Shown piece after piece: positions 1-9,000 of a stretch of DNA of 64,000 nt (its first letter is position 1; each line of letters starts with the position of its first letter). Source of the stretch: a virus. Taxonomy: Duplodnaviria > Caudoviricetes. The notes beneath the pieces were generated by a model, which worked only from the letters and a program-made list of their open reading frames with translations, had not been told where the DNA came from and searched no databases. Location of the stretch: positions 3,698 to 67,697 of IMG/VR virus record IMGVR_UViG_3300032295_000225; one strand, written 5' to 3'. Both the position numbers and the translations under genes were made by a program.

Positions 1-3000
1 GCCCATGTTACACCACCGTCTACAGAATATGATGTGCTGGTAACTCCGCCGCTGGCAATTGCGACTAGGTGGTTAGCAATAGGGGTTGCTGTTCCTGTTG
101 TTGCTCCGCCAGAGCCAGAAGCAACAAATCGCGTACCTACTACCGCAGCACTGGCGCCAATGCCAGTCCAAACAGTATTTCCTAATGTTAAAATTTGATA
201 TGCTCTACCTGTTACAAAAGAACCGGCTGTTTCTGTTGTAGTAAGGGCGCCCGCTGCCATGGCAATCCATGTTGTATTTGCCGACAGTACTGCGCTTCTA
301 GCTGTCCAACTTGTTCCGTTGGCCGATGTATTAACTGTATTAGTGCCGGTAGCTAGGGCTACAAAGTTTCCGCCAGCTGCAAATCCACTATATTCAAATG
401 CTTGTATTGCACCTGTAATACTGTTAACTGACGTAATAGTAATAGTAATATCGTTAGTAGTACTTGCACCACCTAAGTTTGTTCCTGCTAGAGTGATTGT
501 GTTTAATCTAACATATCCAGTACCAGCATTTATAATATCAACAAATGAATATTTTGTACCTTTTCTAGTTACATTAAAACTAGCATTCACTCCACTACCT
601 GATGTAGTTCCAGTAACTGATGTATAAAGTTTAGTTACAGCAGCATATTTTACATCAACATACGTTAATGAGGTTATCAAAGAACTAGCAGCACTACTAT
701 AACTAGGTGAGGTAAACGAAACTCTAGGTTCAATTACATACGTAGTAGAAGCATCAGGTGATACAATAGTTGTACCTGATACTACATGATCCCAACCAGC
801 ACCGCCGGTAGTTTCTTTAGTAACTGTTGCAATTTTTGTACCAGCATTGTAACTAGCAATGATACCGTATTGACCTGCACCACTGCCGCCAGTTAGATAA
901 ATTTTCATTCCAACGTATGCTGAACTAAGTTCACTATCAGTAGCTGCAATAGTTATCTGAGTAGTGGTACCAATCTGTGCAGTATTAGCATTTGATATGT
1001 AGCCAATGCCTCCAAAGTTGCCATCGGCTTCTGGAGCGTTAGAGCTGTCATCAACGTTATCTAATAGTCTAACTTGAAAGACTGCGCCGTCACGGAATTC
1101 GTCCTGTTGCACGGCGGCATTTAGGCCTGCACCATTGATAGTCCAAGTGGCGCTAGTGTAGTCTGTTCCGGCATTGTTAAATTCAAATTGATACACGCTA
1201 TCTACAGAATCAGTAAACACTGAACCAACTTCTGCACCAAAGTTTTTGTTATCAACTATTGCAGTATTTGCAGTTTCAGTTGCATCAAATCCTTCTGCTA
1301 CAGATCCAAAATCTCCGTAAGAATTGTTACCGTTAGTGCCGCGGATACGGCCGCCAGCTTCTGCAAGATATCCAATATGTGAATAGTATGAGAACACTGA
1401 AACAAGTTCTGCTCTAGCATTATTAGTAATCCATGCACCGATACCGTCTGATATAACCTGTGTAAAGTCATTAGATGTGATAGATTTGTTACCGCCATTG
1501 TGTAGACTACCGTCTACCTTCTGACCAATTGCAGCAGTACCGAACGTTGTTACGTTTTGTACGTATGGGCTTCGACTTGAGATCCATGTGCTAGAGTCAG
1601 CAGGGCCCCAACCTGGATCTAAACTTGCATATGCGCCTGCACTAACTCTTGAAGTTCCGTAAGCATTAGGTGCTAGTAGATCTCCGGTTAGATCAGCCAA
1701 TGTTTGATTTCTTAGACCTGTACCATTTCTTAGATAGTACATGTCTTCTTCTAAACTTCCAGTAACTGCATTAGAATAATAACGGGCTGCTAGTAATGAT
1801 TTATAATTACCTGGATTTTTAAGATCATATTTCAGAGCGTTGATGTACTCATTAACGTCTCTTTCACAAGATATTGCATTATAAGATAATCTTACAGTCA
1901 TCGAACCCGAAGCAACAGTTGCTAGATCTAATGGGGTCGTTGCATCACGTGAAGTGGCAATTTTAAAAGTTGTAGAGCTTACTACATTCTGAACGTAATA
2001 TACAACCCCTGCAGAAACATTACCAAATACTGTGCCAGTGAATACAATAGCAGCATTTCTCTGTAGCCAACTCGTATCACTAATAGTAAAAATATCAGTA
2101 GTAGTGTTTGATGCTGTTACGGTTCCAGTGTACGTAGAATCAATATACGCAGAAATTTCATTTACCATGTAATCTCTATTACGTTCTAATTGTAGTACCG
2201 CATAGTAGATGTTAGCTAACCCATCAACCCTCAACGAACCTTCATCTGTGGCTCCGTAGATAATATCATCTAATGCAGTCATTAGCGTTTCAATACGAGC
2301 CTGAGCTGTTGCATCTCCGCCAACGTTGGCTTTAGCCTGTGTTTTAACATAGCTAAATGCTGCACGAGTGGCTGCTTTCTGATTTAAACTGAATACTTCA
2401 CTAGCTGAACTTCTCAAATAGGCATAAGCTGCTTTAATTGTTTGAAAGTTACTGTTAAACATAAAGTCATAACCAACTGCATCAAGAATAATTCTTGCAT
2501 CACGCTGGCACTTGGCACTGTTGTAGCTTAATGTTGGATAGTTAGCAGTAATAAAACTAGTCATATTAGTTACAATTGTACCTACTGCTGCACTAAGTGT
2601 AGTATAAGCAGTAATTAATGCGGTAGTAGTTGTTACAGCATTTGTAGCAGCCGGTCTATCTTCAGTATCAACAATGTATGATAACCCAGTACCGTTACTT
2701 AAACTTCCTACAAGTGTACCGCCGAAGCTAGTTGACACTTGGAAGGCAGTAGAAGTTAATCCAGATGCTAGTACATAATAACGAATATCTGCAGTTAACC
2801 CATTAGCAGTTACTCTAGGAACAATTAAATCTCCGGCTGCTAGGCCGTGAGCCCCTGTAGTGTTAAGTGTATTAGTTAATGTAATACTTGTTACAGTTAG
2901 GCTTGGTCTAAATGTTGTGGCACCGCCTGTTAAAATAGCAGTAATAATATCTATGTTAGCACCAACAAATGAACTAGCAGAAGATCCTGTTGTTAATGCA

Positions 3001-5969
3001 CTGTCTGTAAATTGAACAGCAGTATTAGTTGCAGATTTAGTAACTGTTGTGTTAATAATAATCTGCTGCATTATTGTCTTTAATCTATTATAAGATGCAA
3101 TAGTTGCTGCCAACTCAGTAGAGTCAATCATTGATGCACCACCGGCGCCGTCAAAGTAGGCTAGGCCTGCATTTAATGTCTGTGTGCTACCACTATAGGT
3201 TAAATCATAGATCATTGCATCTACAACATATCCAACATCTCGCTTGCAGATTGTCTTAGAATATTTTACACTAGGATATGTTGCTGCGATGAACGCAATA
3301 ATTTCTTCCTGCATAAATTCTTTATTTTCTTTTAATAAAGTTCTTGCATCACCGTAACCAATTAAATATGAAGAATTATATCCTGTAGGATTTGGGTAGC
3401 TAAACAATGCGGTTGTTCCAAGATTAAAGTCAATCTTGTGTTGCATTGTTCTTACCAGTTGTTGTAAGCTAGTTGCTTGTTGAGCACTAGCAACGGGCCA
3501 ACTGATATATTGGATAGAAGTATTTCCAGAACTTTCAGTTACGTTTGTTCCTAAAACAACCTGTCCAGCAACTGTTTCTAATCTTCCTAACGCACCTATG
3601 CTGTATTTTGCATCAGTTTTACTAACTAAACTTCCTACAGGGCCTGCATTAGTTGAACGTAGTTCGTCGCCCATGACGCAAGTTTCAGCTGGAACAATAA
3701 TAGGTAATACTTCACGATATCTACCTGTTCTAACTTGAATTAAATTGTTAGGAGCATATCTAGCAGGAATATTATCTGCATTTTGATCAGCTAGCGCATC
3801 TGTAATAATAGTCACTAATTCTGTAATTTCAGTTATTGCGCCAGCTTCTGCTGTATAATTTGTATCAATGTACTGAGGAACTACTGCAGTAGAATTATCC
3901 CCATTTAATACTTGATAATTAACTGCAGGAGCTTCGTTAGTTAATACTGCGTCAATAACAGTCAACATATAATTATACGCTGCAATTCGTTCATCTGATT
4001 CTGCTGCTAGGGTTACATATACACTAGGATTGTCATCAGCAATTTCATTAACATAAGCTAAGGCGGCACCTCGACTTTTAACATTGCCGCCATGACCAAT
4101 GTCATATAATAACCCATCAATTACTAATCCAACATCTTGTTCGTACCGAGTTTGGGCATATACAAAACTTGTAGTAAACGGGGCAGTATTAGTAGTTATT
4201 TGACGATCAATCCATTCAGTAACTTCACGTTGTATAAATGGTGTGTTTAGTTCGAGTAATCGTTTTGCGTTAGGGTTACGAGGTCCTCGTTCAACTTGTT
4301 CACACGCATAACGAATTGTCTTCCAAGGTTTGTCTAGAGTTTTACCATGTATAGGTGCAGGAACGTCTATTCCAGTAGGACTTACATAATAGGCGTAATC
4401 AGCAGTGCCCCATGACACCCACTCGGGAATACTAGTATCGCTTACACGTAGAATTTGTCCTTCAATTCCTATTGGCAATCTAGTAGGACCAGTGTCTCCA
4501 AAATATACCATATCACCTAATGTTGTTAATACATTAGTTTCGCTACCTATATTAAATAAGTTCCAATATGTTTTACTAGTATCTAAGTCTGGTCGACTAG
4601 TAGCTTGGCCGCCACCTGTTGCTCCTACTGTAGAGGCATCGTCGCCTTCTGATCTATGGGCTAATACGCAAATATATGCAGTGGCTGCAAATCTAACAGT
4701 ATCGCCTACAACATACTCTGTATCATCGTTCCAATCACCTCTCCAATTAATGCCTGCAGTTAACTGTGACCAGTAGGCTGTATTAGGAGGTTTTGCAGCA
4801 GCAGTAACAGTCATTGTTCCTGATGCAGTTGTTGGGGAAAATACTGTGCCGCCTAGAGTATTACTAATGGTAAAGTTAAATCCATTAATAACTTGTTTTA
4901 CATAATATGTACCGTTAGTAAAGACATTACCAAATGTTGAACCTGTAAATTTAACTGCCATGTTAGCAACTAGACCGGTAGTGCTAGCTACTGTAATATA
5001 TTTTGTAGTAACATCAGTTGCTGAGGCAGTTGTTGTTATAGCTGGGGAATCTGTACTGGCTAGATATGTATAACCATTAAGTTTTACAACTTCGCCCACT
5101 TTATATGAAGTAGTAATAGCCCAATCAGATTGATATTTTAAACCTTCGGCAAATAAATCCCAGTCAGTTGTTCCTGTTAACGGATTAGAGTTAGTGTGTT
5201 GTGTTTTAGATACATATTGATTTCCGCCATAACGAACAACATCGCCTGGTTGGTAAGCAGTAGAACCGCTCCATGTATTTTCAAATTCTAAACCTTCTAC
5301 AAACTGTGACCAGTTTGCAGCGTCGCCTGCAAAAGTTGCGCCGGCTGAGTGTTGCGTTGTACAGATCCAAAGGCCGCCACCGTACTTTACTACATCATTT
5401 AATTTATAACGTGTAAGAGTAACCCATGTACCTTTATATTCTAATCCAGAATTAAAAACATCCCAGTTAGCTATATTATTTTCAAGACCCGACGCAACAG
5501 TAGCAGCACTGGTATGTCCCACAGTACAGACATATATATAGCCGCCATATTTAACAAGATCGTTTAATTTATATCTTGTTGATACTGTCCAATTGCTTTT
5601 CCAATCAAATCCTTCAGCAAATATATCCCACTTGCCGGAGTCGTTTTCTAATCCTGAGGATGCTGTTGATGCGCTAGTATGTCCTAGATTACATAGGTAA
5701 ACGTTTCCACCGTACTTTACAAGATCCCCGATAACATATTCAGTTGAGGTGCTCCAAACATCTTTCCAAGACTGGCCGTCTGTCATTAAATTCCATTTTG
5801 TTGGAACAAAATTTAAATCTGTATTAAAAGCAGCGGCAGATACATGTCCAACTACACAAATATAGGTTCTACCACCGTATCGTATAACGTCGTCTTTTAC
5901 GTATGTGATGCCTGTAGACCAGTCATCTTTCCATACAAACTTAATTCTACCTAGTTTAAACTCTGCCAT
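1..5969 (-). CDS. Giant virion fibre/spike-like protein (>1989 aa, 3' end outside window); N-terminal CBM5/12-like Trp/Tyr repeats and a beta-helix-like core
   Basis: Absent from the ORF track because there is no stop in the window. Read by hand from ATG 5969 (MAEFKLGRIKFVWKDDWSTGITYVKDDVIRYGG...) after RBS GAGGTG and promoter GCTAAATA; open to the window edge. The core SLDPGWGP..RSPYVQNVTTFGTAAIGQKVDGSLHNGGNKSITSNDFTQVISDGIG is nearly identical to that of 6016..11508. Confidence 0.85.
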   Translation of the reverse strand, partial: MAEFKLGRIKFVWKDDWSTGITYVKDDVIRYGGRTYICVVGHVSAAAFNTDLNFVPTKWNLMTDGQSWKDVWSTSTEYVIGDLVKYGGNVYLCNLGHTSASTASSGLENDSGKWDIFAEGFDWKSNWTVSTRYKLNDLVKYGGYIYVCTVGHTSAATVASGLENNIANWDVFNSGLEYKGTWVTLTRYKLNDVVKYGGGLWICTTQHSAGATFAGDAANWSQFVEGLEFENTWSGSTAYQPGDVVRYGGNQYVSKTQHTNSNPLTGTTDWDLFAEGLKYQSDWAITTSYKVGEVVKLNGYTYLASTDSPAITTTASATDVTTKYITVASTTGLVANMAVKFTGSTFGNVFTNGTYYVKQVINGFNFTISNTLGGTVFSPTTASGTMTVTAAAKPPNTAYWSQLTAGINWRGDWNDDTEYVVGDTVRFAATAYICVLAHRSEGDDASTVGATGGGQATSRPDLDTSKTYWNLFNIGSETNVLTTLGDMVYFGDTGPTRLPIGIEGQILRVSDTSIPEWVSWGTADYAYYVSPTGIDVPAPIHGKTLDKPWKTIRYACEQVERGPRNPNAKRLLELNTPFIQREVTEWIDRQITTNTAPFTTSFVYAQTRYEQDVGLVIDGLLYDIGHGGNVKSRGAALAYVNEIADDNPSVYVTLAAESDERIAAYNYMLTVIDAVLTNEAPAVNYQVLNGDNSTAVVPQYIDTNYTAEAGAITEITELVTIITDALADQNADNIPARYAPNNLIQVRTGRYREVLPIIVPAETCVMGDELRSTNAGPVGSLVSKTDAKYSIGALGRLETVAGQVVLGTNVTESSGNTSIQYISWPVASAQQATSLQQLVRTMQHKIDFNLGTTALFSYPNPTGYNSSYLIGYGDARTLLKENKEFMQEEIIAFIAATYPSVKYSKTICKRDVGYVVDAMIYDLTYSGSTQTLNAGLAYFDGAGGASMIDSTELAATIASYNRLKTIMQQIIINTTVTKSATNTAVQFTDSALTTGSSASSFVGANIDIITAILTGGATTFRPSLTVTSITLTNTLNTTGAHGLAAGDLIVPRVTANGLTADIRYYVLASGLTSTAFQVSTSFGGTLVGSLSNGTGLSYIVDTEDRPAATNAVTTTTALITAYTTLSAAVGTIVTNMTSFITANYPTLSYNSAKCQRDARIILDAVGYDFMFNSNFQTIKAAYAYLRSSASEVFSLNQKAATRAAFSYVKTQAKANVGGDATAQARIETLMTALDDIIYGATDEGSLRVDGLANIYYAVLQLERNRDYMVNEISAYIDSTYTGTVTASNTTTDIFTISDTSWLQRNAAIVFTGTVFGNVSAGVVYYVQNVVSSTTFKIATSRDATTPLDLATVASGSMTVRLSYNAISCERDVNEYINALKYDLKNPGNYKSLLAARYYSNAVTGSLEEDMYYLRNGTGLRNQTLADLTGDLLAPNAYGTSRVSAGAYASLDPGWGPADSSTWISSRSPYVQNVTTFGTAAIGQKVDGSLHNGGNKSITSNDFTQVISDGIGAWITNNARAELVSVFSYYSHIGYLAEAGGRIRGTNGNNSYGDFGSVAEGFDATETANTAIVDNKNFGAEVGSVFTDSVDSVYQFEFNNAGTDYTSATWTINGAGLNAAVQQDEFRDGAVFQVRLLDNVDDSSNAPEADGNFGGIGYISNANTAQIGTTTQITIAATDSELSSAYVGMKIYLTGGSGAGQYGIIASYNAGTKIATVTKETTGGAGWDHVVSGTTIVSPDASTTYVIEPRVSFTSPSYSSAASSLITSLTYVDVKYAAVTKLYTSVTGTTSGSGVNASFNVTRKGTKYSFVDIINAGTGYVRLNTITLAGTNLGGASTTNDITITITSVNSITGAIQAFEYSGFAAGGNFVALATGTNTVNTSANGTSWTARSAVLSANTTWIAMAAGALTTTETAGSFVTGRAYQILTLGNTVWTGIGASAAVVGTRFVASGSGGATTGTATPIANHLVAIASGGVTSTSYSVDGGVTW

Positions 5970-5997
5970 TATTCACCTCAATTTTATGGAGCTCTTG

Positions 5998-6005
5998 TAT
6001 TTAGC
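5998..6005 (-). promoter_or_regulatory. T4-like late promoter (GCTAAATA)
   Basis: TAAATA core in the intergenic gap 28 nt before ATG 5969; the same core precedes most structural genes here. Confidence 0.7.
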
Positions 6006-6015
6006 AAATCAAACA

Positions 6016-9000
6016 TTATATTCTAAACGAACGATAAAACATACTAGTTGCTAATATTGATCCACTAAGTCCTACACCGGGTCCTGCAAAATTAACCATT
6101 ACCGGTATATCAATAGCAGTACCTGCAGTACTATTAATTAAATTAGGACCTACTCTAACAGTACCTGCAATAAAACTAGATGTTAATAGATCAGATCCAC
6201 CAATATTTAATCTAGTAGCTAGATAAGATTTTATAGCTCGTTGTGTTGGCACAATATTATTAGAATCGGCAATGAATAACGAATCTGTTGAGAATTCTCT
6301 AACTACTGCTCCTGTACCCCCTAATCTCACACCACCTAGTGCTAGTTCTGTTAGGCCTTCTAATTCAAAGAAGTCAGCACTAATAGTAACAATGCCAGTT
6401 GCTTGTTCAACCGCAAACAATTCTCCCGTTCTAAAGTTACCGTCTTGGTCAGTACTTGTGTAGAAAACTCGACCACCGTTTAATTCTTGAACTTCGTTTT
6501 GGGGAGATGTTGAATAACTACCAGTGGAGTATAATTCAGGGTAATTTGTTTCTTCAAAATTACCAGTTCCTATATCTAAGAAATCATGTCCTGTTATTCG
6601 AACCTGGCTATACTTTTCACGTATTTCAACTTCTGTATTTTCTCGAATATCATCATCGTATGTTAACACAGGACTAATTTGGAAGGTTGATCTAAAATTT
6701 CCATTTTCTGGAGTTACTTCAATGCCTGTTACAACAACAGTATAGGCATCTTCTCTGCCGCCAAATCTAAACTGTGCGCCCGGTCCCGGAATCCTTCCAA
6801 GACCACTTAATGTAATAAAACGACCTCTTGGAATAATATCAGCAAATCCATTACCAATTACAGATATAACTGTGGTACTAGTTCTATAATTAATACCTCT
6901 ATTTAAGAATGTTGGTTGAGCAAGAACGCCGTCTGCTAATCTTGGATTTACATATGCATCATATGTATTATTAGGATCAGTAAATGTAACAGTAGGAGTT
7001 GTAACATAACCAGAACCTGGTTCCCATAATTTAATTTCTGTTATATTTCCAGTTTCAACTATTGCTCTACCTAATGCTCTAGCACCAGTAAAAATTCTAC
7101 TTATAACTCCTGATGATGTGCTAGGTGCTGCAACCCACATTGGGCGATTATTCGACACTGTAGAATCACCTAAAGATATATCAGGATTTCCAAATCCAAT
7201 TGCTCCCCAGCGATAGCTTCCTGGTAAAGTTCTACTGGTCCATACAATACCGTCGTATGACGTAGCTGCAAATGTTGTTGCTTCAGCAGCTGACGTTTCA
7301 CCTACAGCAAAGAACACACCTTGCCCGTATCTTATTTGTTTCCAGTACATTTCTGTTGCGCCCGGTTGCGGCATGCCTGCAGAAGTGGTATACCACTGTG
7401 AGCCTTCAAAGCTGTAAGATACATCTCCCGAAGTAGAAACAATAACAAACCTTCCGTTACCATATGCAATACTAGACCAGTCTTCTGGCGTAGAATCTTG
7501 CACTTCAACAACTACTCCGGTCCATGTCCAAGTATCTGAAGTTGAATTATAAGACCCAACTGCTACAGCATTACTAGAGTTAGCAATTGCTACAAATACC
7601 CCTTTACCGTAGGCAACATCTTTCCACTCACTTTGACTCGAATCGCCTACATTTGGCAAAGTTGTTGAGAACCAGGTTGTGCCGTTAAGTGTATATGCGC
7701 CCGCATCACTCTGACCCGAGACTGCAAGGAATAATCCTGTTGAGTAATTAGAAGCTAGGCCGTATGTTACACTATTCCAATTTGACGTTGACGGTAAGGC
7801 TGTTGAACTCCATGACGTCCCGCTCGTTGAAAAAATTGCATTTGCACTATTAAATTTTATCGCTACAAATTTATTATCTCCAGCAGCAACTGATTTCCAG
7901 TCTCCGCTTGACGGTAATGCTATTGCAGCCCAGTCAGACCCGTTGGATGAATAAAGACTAGATCCGCCCGAACTAGGCATTAATACAAATTTGCCGCTGT
8001 CAGCAATTCCTTCGTATTCAAAAGTTACTATAGAGTTAGTGCTATCATCTGAAATTGACTTAACTGTGATTGTGATATCGTGTTCTATAGAAGTGCCGCC
8101 GATAGTTGCACCATCTATTATAACAATTTGCTCGTCTTCGTATCCGGCTCCTGATTCAGCAATTGTAACAGTATAAGATCTTCCAGTTTTGACTACGTTC
8201 CATCTAGCAGTTGCCGGAGTTACAAAACTTGTTCCAGTCGGAGTTGAGCCAGCAATACTAGAATAAGTTGCTGATGTTTCTCCGTATGCTACCGAAGACC
8301 AAGGAGCAACCGTTGCCTGTGATGTTATTCCTGTAGTAAAAGCTGGCTCACTAAATGTTATTCTAGGTTCAAAAAGATATCTAGTACCAGTTGTTAACGG
8401 ATTTTTACTAGGAGTTCCTGGTATAACATGATCCCACCCTGGTTGATTATCACTTTCTCTATATACAGTAACTAATTTTAACCCTGCATTATACGCCTGA
8501 ACATATCCATATTGTCCTGTTCCTTCACCGCTGGTTAGTATAATTCTAGTACCTAAAATTTCTGCCTGGGTTATTTCATCACTAGTAGCTAACGTAATTG
8601 TTAAAGTATCACCAAATTGTGCATTATTACCTGCTAAAATATAATCGCCGGCACCTTCTGTACCACCAGTATCTCCAGGGGCATTTCTTACCTGTGCTTC
8701 AAATATAGCATTGTCTCTATATTCTTCTTGTATTAAGCTAGCGCCAGTCCCTGATCCAACAACCGTGTACACCGCATTAGAATATTCTTGCCCTGCATTT
8801 GAAAATTCTACTATTAGAATTTCATCATTAATTTCACCTGCAAATGCATTTGCAATTTGTGCTTCTTCAGTTCGATTATTTACATATCCGTAGAACGGAG
8901 TTTCAGCCGGGTCGTTATTATCGGCAATTGCTCCAAATGTTCCATAAGAACTATTACCGTTAGTAGCACGTATAATACCGCCATCTTCTGCAAACATTCC

